Notes under the pieces: model-generated | Database searches by the model: none | The model's input: only the letters and a program-made list of their open reading frames with translations | Told to the model about the DNA's origin: nothing | NCBI RefSeq assembly: GCF_964355755.1 | Contig: NC_092673.1 | Coordinates: 23,991,648 to 24,055,647, forward strand | Reading direction: 5' to 3' | Source: Antedon mediterranea | Lineage: Eukaryota > Animalia > Echinodermata | Length of the DNA stretch: 64,000 bases | Translations under genes and position numbers: made by a program | Part shown: in pieces, positions 39,075 through 52,400 of the stretch | How the letters are laid out: every line of letters begins with the position of its first letter | How positions within the stretch are numbered: the stretch's first letter is position 1

Positions 39075-39905
39075 AGCAACGTTGAGTGTCTTCAATAACG
39101 TCAAAAAGGGTTCACGTTATTTGAATGTTATTTCTAAACATTCAAAATACGTAATGGTAATATTCAGCTAACGTTTGGTGAACGTTGGACTCAACGTTCT
39201 GTGAACGTTGTTCGAGGGTTAAAACTACGTTAGTCATAACGTTCAGCTGACGTCAAAAAGGGTCCACAACTTAATGTTATTTGAACGTTATTTCAAAACA
39301 TTCAAAAAACATAAACGGCAACATTCAACTAATGTTCGCTGAACGTTGACTGAACATTAAACTAACGTCAGTTTTGACGTTCTCCGGACGTCACAAAGGG
39401 TCCACATCTGAATGTTATTTGAACGTTATTTCAAAACATTCAAAAACATAAACTGTAACATTCAACTAACGTTCGCTGAACGTTGTTTAAAAGTAAAACT
39501 AACGTTAGTTATAACGTTCTCCGGACGTCACAAAGGGTCCACATCTGAATGTTATTTGAACGTTATTTCAAAACATTAAAAAAACATAAACTGTAACATT
39601 CAACTAACGTTCGCTGAACGTTGTTTAAAAGTTAACTAACGTTAGTTATAACGTTCCCCGGACGTCACAAAGGGTCCACATCTGAATGTTATTTGAACGT
39701 TATTTCAAAACATTAAAAAAACATAAACTGTAACATTCAACTAACGTTCGCTGAACGTTGTTTAAAAGTTAAACTAACGTTAGTTATAACGTTCTCCGGA
39801 CGTCACAAAGGGTCCACATCTGAATGTTATTTGAACGTTATTTCAAAACATTCAAAAAACCTAACCGTAACATTTAGCTAACGTTATTTGAACGTTAAAT
39901 TTTTA
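39075..39905. repeat. Right subterminal tandem array, ~137-bp unit, ~6 copies
   Basis: ggacgtcacaaagggtccaca recurs at 39386, 39523, 39660 and 39798, with more diverged copies inward. AACGTT-rich. Confidence 0.9.
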
Positions 39906-39911
39906 GCTGGG

Positions 39912-40033
39912 TAGTTTGACAAAAAAAGTTTGATGCACCAAAAGATAGTAGTGATATCCCCAAATATGAGTGATATGATGTCATCGTGTCCATATATGAG
40001 CACATTACATTTTTTTGTCATATAGGTTTGATA
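39912..40033. mobile_element. Right part of the split MITE
   Basis: tagtttgacaaaaaaagtttgatgcacc...gtgatat...ttttttgtcatataggtttgata matches the family interior and right end. Confidence 0.8.
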
Positions 40034-40408
40034 TGATTATAACGAATAGACTGTAGTAGAATTGAATAGGCCCATCCTCGCACTGAAATATAAAACTTGT
40101 TCAAACTTGTTTAGGTTTCTGCAAGCCTAAAGTTTAACCCCAAATGACTTTGGCAAAATTCCGACTATTACTAATAATATAGTAAGATAATTAATTGACA
40201 AAGTTCACAATGACATTTTATGTTAAATTTAGACATTACGTAACCGAGCCGTCAAAATGATGAGTGAGAAAACTGTATATAAACATTACTGTAAAACACA
40301 GCTGTTTATTCAAGCGTAACCAGAGGATAGGCTGCTAAGCACACACATTGTGTGTCGCTCGTCGTGTTGGGGAATAGGGAGTTTTTGAGGACTAACATTT
40401 AAATAAAA

Positions 40409-43400
40409 ATGAGTTTTTTTAGACGTATTTATCGCAGAAATCAACCACAATGTGACGATGTTACTTTAAACTGGCTCAGGGAATCAAATATTGTGTTTGG
40501 TCCGACGACAAGGTAATTTAATACTCGAATCATTTAAGCCTAAGACTTGGTTAGAGACCACAAGACAGAGTTATGATGAACGGGCAACACTGCAACCAAT
40601 CCCTGAAAGAAATCTTTGTACGAACTGATCAGCTTAGGCCTAGCTTTGATTGTGTTCTTACATTTTGTTTAGGTTGTCTTCAACCATGATAAATTGATTA
40701 GATAAGCTATCTGTTGTTCGACTAGGCCCACAGTACCTAACCTAAAAGTGTTTTTTTGTAGTAAAATATCAACACTACACTACATTACCCCTTTCACACC
40801 AAAAGCAAAACTCCGGAGACACCCCGGAGTTGACGTCCCGCTGTTTGGTGTGAAAGGTAAAATCAAGCAACTCTGGAGTTTAAAACTGCGGGGTTGAACA
40901 GCTGAACATTCTCCGGAGAGCGAACTGCGGGGACACCCCGGTGTTTTGGTGTGAAAGGGGTATAAGACACTGACAGAATAAAAACAAACAATAGCTGAAA
41001 AAAAAGGAAATGCCTGTACTACTACTAGCCTAGGCCCTAGTAGCAAATATTTGTTTGCCTCACTATCCAGTAATAGTATCCTAATTAGACTAGACTAGAC
41101 CTATGTCTAAATAAAGATAAATAAACAATTGACCTGATAAATATATATTATACTTTATAGGCTTATTATACTGTTCTGTAGCCTAGGCCTAAATATAGTT
41201 TGTACAAAAATGACCCTTTTTCTCCATTAATTAATTAATTTAACACTTTTTCAATATGTTTAGAATAAAAACAAAAACCTTTTTTTTTCTCAGTTTTATC
41301 AACTTTCCTGGGCATTACAAAAAAAAGCACTGTGTTTTCCAATCTGTGGAGAGTCGATGGAAATTCATTATATTGTGTATTCAACCCCTATATAATATTA
41401 ACCTCGCTCCTAAGTAATCACTGAACCTAACCCTCTATATACTGTATAATATGCCCCTCGTTAGTACTAACGTTTGTGGTATTATTATGTTGCATTGTGT
41501 CGTGTTTATTTCAGTGAAACAACAATTATCTCTTCGCTTTTAATTATTTTGGTAATGTTTTATTTTTTATAGGAATTTATTGAGTGTTTTTGAAAAATAT
41601 GACAAAGAAACTGGAAAATTAGACAGAAAGTCTCTGACTGAAGCATTAAATGCACTTGATCTGTTTCCAACAAAATCGCAAGGTTAGGACACATTTAAAA
41701 AAATCATAAATCATTCCGGTTGGAGCATTCAGTACATATTCATACATATGTCAATATAAATTTATTAATGTATTTACAGTATAATTGATCTTGATTTATT
41801 TTTATCAATCGGAGGGCCAAGAATAAAATTGTTAATTTTTCAGTATATGAGATGATCAAAGTTGCCAGTGAGTGTTCACATAGGAAACCCGAGGATCATG
41901 TATTGTTTGGAGAATTTTGTATATTTGCTACTGAACTGATTGAACAATATGAGCAACAAAAGTAAATATGTTGTAATGACTCACTCACATAAGCATTAAA
42001 TGTATCTTCAACATTCTAAAAGATTTTTTTAGTAAATTTTTAGGTTCTTAATTTTTCCCTTGTCAATAATTTATTGGAATTTAAAGTAATACATACTTTA
42101 ATTATCTATACCCTTTTTGTAATCTAATATTTTAATTGTTCACATCTTAATTCTTATTATCACTTTATGATTTAATAGTGCCTAGTTAAATTCTAAAGGC
42201 CAATTTACACTGATCAGTGGGAAAGGTAAATGGAAAACGGCTTAGCTTGTATCATGTAGATTCTGTGATCTATCCTTAGCTGAAACTGCCCCTCCACCCC
42301 AAGCTTTGTGTAAATGTTCATAAGGAATAACAGAGATCCTATATTTGTATTTCCGTTACCGCTCATCTGTGTAATTAGGCCTTTGTACTTAGATATCAAA
42401 TTTCAACTCAAATGATCTACATTACTTATTATAATGTAAAATACAGGGAAATTATCAATATTAAATCTTCCTCTGGATTATTATTTTTTTATTTGATATA
42501 AATATACCTATATTTTATACTACTAGCTGAACTTTGAATAAATAAGATTAGGTTATTCAATTTCAATTAAAAGTACAATCAGTTCCTACAAACAAATTAA
42601 ATGTTTTTATTTGTCTATTGCAATAATAAGATACAAGAAACTTTCTATTTTTTCGTAAAAAAAACAAAACATATGTCAGTTGTCAGCAAATCCAATTAAA
42701 AAGATATGACTAGTTAGCAGCCACTTTTAGATATATTAGATTATATTTTGTAATACCATTTTTCAAAAAAAATTTTATTTTACAGACTTTGTCTTTCAAC
42801 CGACGATGCAGGCTATTCCTCAACACATCCACCTCTACGTCCACCATTTTTGTCATATATGTCCAGTTTTCAAGGTACAGTATCAACACCAATAAAATAA
42901 CCACTCTCTTTTGCAAAGAGCATTTATGTTACCAATATAAATAATAATAATATACAATGATATTTGTGTGTTTGTCATTAAAATACAGTAGAATTGCTAT
43001 CAAGGGGACATGTGCATTACCCAACAAAGTGTCCCCTTGATAGGGGTTCCAGAATAGAGGTTCAACTGTACTATGGTCTTATTGTAATGTATATGTACAC
43101 ACTTAGTTGGCCATACTAACAGATAATTTGTATTATACCTCAAGAGTGTATTCATTATCTTTAAAGAAATAATGTTTGTTGTTGTTGATAATTCCTTTTT
43201 AATGTCACATACTAGTTATCCATGTTGAACAAAGATTCAATTTTATTTACCTAAAAAACTTTAATTTAGAGCAACAACAAAAATTCAAATTCACTGCCAG
43301 CCAATTTGTTGAATTTTATTATTTATTTTGTCATTTTATAATTATGAGAAAACATTATTATGTTTTTCTTGTTTTGAATTAAAGGGATTAACTACATTAA

Positions 43401-46400
43401 AACTTCAAATTAACCTATTCAAAGTCTGATTTAATTAATGTTCTTGGGGGACAATACATCTTTTTTCGAAAGACAATACATCTTTAAATGTTTACAACAG
43501 TATAAATTGAATGTTTTGCAGTGTTTCTTGGTGGATCATGCAACCCAACAACATGGCGACATGACATTGCTATACCCTTACTCAAGCAATATGGGTTAAC
43601 ATATTATAATCCTGTAAGTATAGTTATAACAGATTGCATAGATTTACTAATAACTATTCTTAGCTGGCTTCTTGCATGCTCTTTAGATATTATTATAATT
43701 ACCGTGATCAGTAATTGTAATTTCCTAAATAAGATGCAAAATCAGTATTCAGCATTCCCTTATGAATATGATATTCATTAACATTTGCTGTAAAAGCAAG
43801 TAAAATTTGTAAAATTATGCATTGCTGGGTGCAGCAGGAAAGGGGTGCAGCAGGAAATGGAATATGAGAGACAAGAATAAAAACAATTATAATAATTGGT
43901 GTTTCTGCTTTTTACAATTGATAGTAGGTCTTTGTATGGTCCAAAGACCTGCTATGTGTGTCTTTGGACCATACAAAGAAAAGTCTTGTACTTCTTGTCA
44001 ATCTCTTAATTCATTCATTCCAACATTCATCTCTAACAATGGATGAATTGGAATAGTACAGATAAAGGTACTCTCTTTCAATTAATTAATCAATTTCCCA
44101 ATAATTAATTCATTCTAAAAAATAATAATAATAATAATGGCAATCATTTTAATTACATTTGAAAAACAAAACAAACTACTGTAGTTATGGATAAAAATGG
44201 ATGAATTGGAGTAGTAGAAATATTAAATTAAAAATATGTTTTCCATCTTCTCTCTCAGCAAGTAGATGAGTGGGACCCTCATCTCATTGAGGTAGAAGAA
44301 CAAGCCAAGCAGCTTGCTCAACTGCTTGTGTTTGTCATAGATAATACAACACGCAGTACAGCTTCGCTTGTAGAGGCAGCTTACCTTGCAGGTAATGTGA
44401 TGAAGGAAAAATGGTAAAGCCACTTTTGACCAACTTTATCATCATTTAACATATTGTAAAGCTCTATCAAATTTTATGTGTCAAAAAAAATGTGATGTGC
44501 CCATATATGAACATTATGACATCTATCACTACCATATTTAGGCATCACTATCATATTTAAATGGCATATCACTGCCATATTTGGCACATCACACTTTTTT
44601 TGTCGAACTAGTTTGATAGTGTAGACAGAGCTTTAGCCAACAATAAATCCACACATCCATACTATCACGGTGGGCCTGGCAATATATTATACAGTATTGT
44701 TGAATGAAATTTGTCTGCTTATGACTACAGTATGTCTGCTACAGCCATGTATGTGTTTAATTTTAAACTCCTTGTTAATTGAATGTGCATTTTTTATGTT
44801 TTAGGAAATGACCGTCCAGTTATACTTGTGATCAAAGGTCTACCTATTGAAGTTGCTGGAGAAAAACTAACAGAATCGTAAGGATTTAAACAAATTTACA
44901 AACACAATCTGCATTGATTAGTCTTTTAATATTATTTCTAATCTAATAACTAACATTAATCTAATAACTGTAAAAACAGCTTTGTATGTTTGACTGTGAA
45001 TATTTTTTGTAGAAAGAAATGCACAGAAGTTGGCAACTGTTAGAAATTCAATGTGTTCAATTGGAATTATTATAATTCAATTTCATAGTATCTCTGATCA
45101 GCTATCAAAACTTAATTTACTTCCATCGTAAAACAATCATTTCAAATAAATCATTTTAGCCACAAAAAAAAATACCCGTATATTTCGGTGTATAAGTCGC
45201 ACTTTTGAGACGCAAATTTGACCTCTAAATCAAGGGTGCGTCTTATACACCGAACATAAATGCCTCACCACACAGATTGTACATAGGCGTAGGCCAATAG
45301 TATAGGCTATCGTCACCTCGTTTGCTAGGCCTAGCTACAGTAACTAACGTAACGGCAACCTGCTTGTGCCTAGTTTTCAAGGCATTTTAGCATGATGTTA
45401 TACTAAATATGATGAAAAGATTTGTTCATTATGGCGCTCCGATAAAATTTCATTTGTAAACGTTTACGTACGATCGATTGGAATAGTATTTATTTATACA
45501 GTAGTTATACGCACGATCGCCGTACCCCCAGTGCAAGCCCTCCTTTGGCGGCCACATGGTGAACGGTATTCGACTAGTATATTCTCCAGGTGATTATAGC
45601 ATGGACCTAGCGTACACACTTCTTGGATACATAGATACTGATCGAATACGATTGTCCGTGAAAACATGCGCCCTCTCGAAATGATCGAGCGAGGCTAGCC
45701 CACACACGTACATGTTACACACACGGTCATGCACTCGATGTTGCGGCGAAACTCATGAATAACAAGTTAGAAAGAACTTGTTGAGGCTGGGTGCGGCCGA
45801 GCCTAGGTAAGAAAAAACCTAAATAAAGGACGCCGTTGTAGATATAACAAAATATATTATTAGAATAATATTGATTACAATTTAAAAAAACATTGTTTTG
45901 ATGAAATATAAGGTGCGTCTTATACATCGACGATATAAAAAATACCGGTATTTTACTCTCAGTTAGGGGGTGCATCTTATACACAGGTGCGACTTATACA
46001 CCGAAATATACGGTAAATATAAAAATAGAGTTTGTATTAAATACATTACACTATGCTCAGTTATACACAAACTTGATATGTTTTCTTGTTCATCAAGATA
46101 CCAAACATCCACACACATTGTTGTATATACCTTTTTTCCTTATGCTGTCTAATGTCACCATTCAGTTCTTTTATTTTAAAATTTCTGCACCTTGTTAGTC
46201 TAAAATAATCATTTGAAATTATAAAACTTATATGCACTTTTTGATTTTAAATCTCTAATTTTATAATTTAAAATTTAACTTTATTTTTCTTTCAGTTTTT
46301 AACCACAAAGAAATCTTTTTATATGTTTTAATTATATGCATTGTTCATTTGACAGATGCTCACAGAGTCCCGTACTTAATGAATATGATTCCCAATGGTA

Positions 46401-49400
46401 ATTGCATTTTATCACCAAAATGTTGTTTTTTTCATTTGCACGATAAACTAATGATTATATTCATTTGTCTCTGATATGCATAACATTATATTGTCTGAAT
46501 AAAAAGTAGTTTTTTTATAGGTATTGTGCTTCCAAAACTAATAATTTTAAAATGATTGCTTGGTTATTTTTTATTGTCATCAAGTAGCAAGTACAACTCG
46601 CGTGTGAAGGTGTTGAAGAATTGTGTGGGGTGTTATGAGGTTCGTCCAGGGAAGGAGATTCTTTTTTTAAATTGGCCCCTTTTCAACTTTCAAAAGTGTA
46701 ATATTCATTTGAATAATTGTTGAACTTTGATTCGTAATTGTCTACAAAAATGAATTAAAAAATGTTATTTATTTCATTTACATTGAGAAAGTAAATAGAA
46801 CATTTGTTGCAACTATACCGTCTTTGCATAAAATATATAGAATGTATATTAGATTTAGATGTTTAATATTTTAAAACAATATTATTATATACATGCATCA
46901 AAATATGAAACATATTCTGAAACTAATAACTTATTTGCATTAGAAAAAATAGAATGTAGATGTTTAATCCTATAAAAAAATATATGATATTTTTTATTAC
47001 ATCCTACTCTTGCATAAACACAATGTTAAATAATAATTATTACCATGAATGCTACTTCTTTATACTTATCATTATTATTTATTTAAATTTATGTTGTAAT
47101 TTGTTTTGTTTGCTTGTATTTTGTTCATTTTTTAAAAACCAAACTAAATCAACACTTTCCAATATTTGTATGCCAACAAAAAACAAAATCCTTATAAGAC
47201 AAAATCATGACATCATTTTGATTAAATTCACTTTTATTAGTGATGTACCCATTATGTAAATATTAACATATTTTACAAAATAGTAATAATATTTTATAGT
47301 TGCTTGGTTTTTGTAAACACTATTTTATGAACAACTATGAAATACAATGGACCCCATACCTATAAAGAAATCTTGAAACATCTTTTTATCTTAATCAAAT
47401 AATTTCTTTCGGATGATCCAAAGCGAATGAAACCGTAAACTTGTTTTTACTCTAGGTTTTGCTGGTTCAAAGACGCAGCTTAATCATGAGTGAGTCTATG
47501 TGACTCTATTGTTACCATGAAATCTCGTATTTGGTATATCACCATCTATGGAACGTTCAGGTTTACCCAAATGGGTACAAAATTATTTGAATACTATACA
47601 GAGATCCGGATGAACCTTTTTACTTATATATTTATCTTGTCTTTTCACATTTATTTACGTGCCCTTCTAAACTGCAGTTCTCAAATTTGTGCTGTTAGGC
47701 TATAATAAACAGATTTCACTTTGTTTGCTTCCAATGCAATAAAAAGAATTGCCTCTCATCACCCATATATCATTACTTTATTTGGTGTGATAACATTTTT
47801 ATTAAATCAATATTTACATTTTATCATTGCAATTAAAACAAAATCTACAATGCACTGTCATAAATCGTCATTATCATGATTAATATTATATCATTGACTT
47901 CACTCAGAAATCTAAAGTATACAGCAGAACCCTCCTCCATTGGTACACCCCTATTTAGGGGACATGCCTATTAGGGCACACTTTCTTATGGTATTGATGA
48001 AGGGAAACGTATGTTTTTAACGATATGGCCACCCTCTGGGACTCTATTAAAGAGACACTATTTTGGATCACAAAGGTGCTCCTTAATGGTGGTCTACTGT
48101 CATTTTAAAGATAATTATTTAATTAATATATATTTTTCTTGCAGTGAATTGAATGACTTAAATAGAGGACATCATTTTTTAATAGATCTTGTCCAGCGAA
48201 AGTGTCTACCGATATTTGAAGACATCGAAACTGCCGTACATTGTGCGGCAAAGGTCATAAATCAAGGCATTTCGATCTCGGAACTGGACATCAAGGATGG
48301 TGCTCAGCCAGTCAAATATCCTAATGTTCGTGTCGGGCAAAAATTAATGTGAGTTGTGCACAATTTAATGGAAAAACAACTCCATTCTTCCTCAAAGACT
48401 TAGTGTAAGACATTGTTTTTGCAGAGAATCTTGCGTGTACTGTATGTTTTTCAATGAATTGTCACATGTATTTTTGGACATTCGCTATTGATAGTCTTTG
48501 GCCTAAATAAAATAATATATAATACATCATCAGCATATTTTCAATTTGTTTATTTATCAATTTTTTTTCTCTTTCAGTAATACAAAATGTGCCTTCAAAG
48601 AATTCCACCAAAAAGATATTAGTAAAATCAGCATAAAAGATGTAAGTATACTTTATGTATACATTGATTGTAAAAGATTACAAAAAAAACTAAATCTCTG
48701 TCCACACTATCTCAATCTAGTTTGACAAAAAAGTGTGATGTGCCCAAACATAATAGTGATATGACATCATCATACCTATGTATGGACACATCACATTTTT
48801 TTGTCACATAAAGTTTGATAATCTATTTTTTAAGCAATAATTGATGCCAATATGAGAGTTCCCATTATTTGTAGTATAACGAGTATAAACCTCTTTTTAA
48901 ATAATATAAAAATAGCCATGAAAAAGAGACAAGTGTCAAGTCCATCAAAACACATACTGTATACTCTAACAACTTGTAACAAGTTGTAACCATGTTTGTA
49001 TAGTGTGAAGACAATTTTCAGGAAATTCTCTCGAGATTTTACATAGGACCCACGATGAGAGACCTGATTTTGTTCTGAGATGTTCCGAGTTGTTACTGCA
49101 TGCACGTGTATTGCCCTGGTATTACTGACTGACCAATCATAGTAATAAATAACGCTACTATGCTTTCTCCCAAAGATTTCTTATGGTTCGCATGCGTGTT
49201 TAAAAACGTGCCGAAAATCGCGAGATCAAACCTACAGGTTGTATATTATACCGTTTTCCAGATACACTACTAAATTATTTTTTTTTATTCAGTCATTATT
49301 AGCCATGAAGTCACTGCATCACAAGGAATTCTCTTTCCCCGTCTACTGGCAAATTGAAGAGAGTTCAAGATTTTCAAACGAAGATGAAAAGTGCTTTGAT

Positions 49401-52400
49401 TTCAACGAGTTCTGTTGCTTAGTAACACAGTATAGAAATTACGAACAACCAACTCATCCATTTTCTAGAGTATTTTCATATCTACAGAGTAGTATAAGTA
49501 GTAAGTATTTATTAATTTAGTAAATTTAAAACTGAATTTAAAATGTAGCTATTTACACCTTACACATGACATGGTTGTTTGCCTTTGAGTCCAAATCTTA
49601 CTTCGGACAAACCAATTTGTCCTTGTTGATAATATTTTGGCCACGAAACATCTTGTGCATACATGCTGGAGTATTATAGTATATGTGTATACAACAGACT
49701 TTCTGAATGCTCGGCGATTCCCTGTGTTTTAGCAAATTTCAATCTATCTATTGAATATTTCCGACTACTACAGTAAATGGTCAGATGTACTCCACAGTAG
49801 TTACAAACGATTTCAAGCCTGTTGGTGCAGTACCTGCTGCTTACTTGGGCTCGAATCTAACCTCTAGCCATCAGCGCAAGCTCGGTGTTGAGGTATGAAC
49901 GCCAGGCTAGTGATCTGGAGGCCGTTGGTCCCACTTAAGAATTACTTGCATATTTAAGTATTCTCAATGTACTTAGTATGATGAAGTACAAATTACGTCA
50001 GAGTAGGGCAAAACATCTGACCATTATTACTCAACTCCCTGACGCAAAGATATTTAACAGTAGTTCCAAACAATTACAATACTACAGTAAAAGGACTTCT
50101 GTGGGACACTCCAAGTGAAATGAATGGAGGGATATATGCGTTTATATATACAATAGTAATACTGTTGCCAACACCTCTAATTGTTTTGTGCATTTAATAG
50201 AGGTTTTACTTGATTTCAAGTTGTCTATTATTCTATTTAATGTATAATAATATATTTTGTTTGTTTTCATAAGGTGTTGTATCTAGGTGGTCCCATCACC
50301 CTCCTACATGTGTACCTGTCCTCAAACGAGACGTCTATCTTGGTGGTACCTGTCGTAATACTACATGGCGAGAAGAAATATCAATTCCCTTACTCAGGTA
50401 TTTAATGGTAGTGTTATGGAAATCTTTTAGATGGTGCATGTCATTTGCATAGCCAATTTGTATGTTATTATAGTAGTGGAGCTGTAGCTTGGTGGCTAAC
50501 ATGCTTGCTTTCCAATCTCAAGGTCCAGGGTTCAATCCTGACCTAGTGCAGGGTTGTAACTCACAACTCTTTTAACTCCATCCCATAAGCCTCAAATGAG
50601 ACTTAGTTTATAAGCATGATAAATTTTTAAATACTTTATCTATTCTGTAATTGGCGAGTTACTTGCTGTTGAATGCGTATGAAAAAGGGCAGCATACTTG
50701 AATAAGTGCATTTTGTAGAATTGTAAATAATAAATAAATTATTTTGTTTGACAAATCCAGTCAAGAATTTACTCACGTTCTTTAGCTTTCGCTATCTTGG
50801 CTGATGGCTTGATCACAAGTGATCCGGTACACTGCTACTTCCTGGAAATCTGTTGTTATAGTTTGAATGTGAGTAAATTCTTTACTGGATTTGTCAAGCA
50901 AAATGATTTATTTAGGGCAGTATACTGTTTTCAGTATACTGCCCTCTCCTCATCTCAATTATTATCAGTTTATTATTATTTATTGCATGTGACTACAGCT
51001 TTATCTATGTATTACATACAGAAAAAATATCTCATAAATAGATTTAAGTTCATTGTCCAACTTCTTAAAAGCTTGTTTCAGCTGTGGCACAGATCATGTT
51101 CAGATTCAGTAACCGTATTCACCATTCACACTTGGCTAATGAAAACACTCTTAAAATTTAAAAAATATCTTATCTAAGAGAATACAATGTAAGGGAAAAT
51201 ACTTATTGAGTTATAAGCGAAATACCTATAAGGGAAATATCTCACTTAAGTGTGATTGGTGGAAAAGGGATTGGCCTCTCAACCCTCTCCACCCCCTTTG
51301 AACGAGCCAAGGCCAACCCCTATTAGGGAATACCTTTTTGTGTCCCGCAGATGCCCTATTAATAGAGATTCTAATCGATATTTTTGTATAAAAAAAAAAA
51401 GATTAATCTGTCCTATAAACACTACCTCCAGTTTTTGATTACTTTGTTTTGATGGAAGATGACTCATGATAATATTTGCCGTGATCATCATTAATTGAGG
51501 AGACACCCTGTAAATTGTCATATTTTAGAAATCTGACAGCATCAAAACCAACACTTTATGTCAGAAAGAGACAAGTCGTAGGTCGATGGATGAGTAATTC
51601 TCTGATAACATCTCCCTCGGTCAACATCCTCAACACATTTCTTATAATTATACAGGATGTTGTCAACAAGATTTTAGCAAGTTCTATCAACAAAAAACCT
51701 GTTCTAACAGAATTACTAAAAGAAGGTGTTTATAATAGTTGCCATTTGTTAATGAAAGTGTTAGTTGATTTTGAACATAGTTCTGTCCTATCCCCTCTCT
51801 ACCTTTCTCCAGGCAAACTGATTATATTTGTTAAAAGAAAGCCTACCCAATAGGCCATTCTGTAAAAATGGTAAACAATTAGTAAGTTCCAAAGCTTCTT
51901 TCAAAATAAAGGTATTTGTATCCCCAAAATTTGAAATAATCTATAGAAATGTGTCAGGCAAGGTTATGTTCTCATGCTCTCTCTTAAACCCTCAAAGGTA
52001 TGAAAACATCTAGTAAGAAGCTGAGAATTTTATACAATTAGTAAGTTTCCAATCTTCTTTATCAAAGTAAAGATATTTGCACTCCCCAAAGTTCATGAAA
52101 TATCTATAGAAATGTGTCTGGCTAGGTTCTGTTCACATTCTCTCTATTAAACCCTCAAAAGTATGAACCTTTTAAGACCTTTCAGTGGTTATCAATCCAC
52201 TAGAATTAGAGTTTTTTTCTGACTGACCCCTAATTTGAATGGCACTGTGATCAACTTGGTTTACCCACTCCATGTTTATAGTCATACTGAAAATTGAGTT
52301 TAAATACAGTAATATTTTAAACCTTAGTGTAAACCATCCCTTGATAATTTGCATCTACTGTTTGATTAACTCTTTCATTCCTATAACTTTAAAGTATTTT

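Larger units (their letters stand above)
27361..39911. mobile_element. 12.55-kb non-autonomous EnSpm/CACTA (CMC)-like DNA transposon with long subterminal arrays and nested cargo
   Basis: Imperfect TIRs CCCAGCaaacacaTAACGTTCAgcTAACGTTA (left) and CCCAGCtaaaaattTAACGTTCAaaTAACGTTA (right, reverse complement). AACGTT-rich arrays lie at both ends and the boundaries are fixed by the interrupted MITE. TSD is ambiguous (T, or TA with one base lost). No transposase ORF recognised. Confidence 0.8.
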
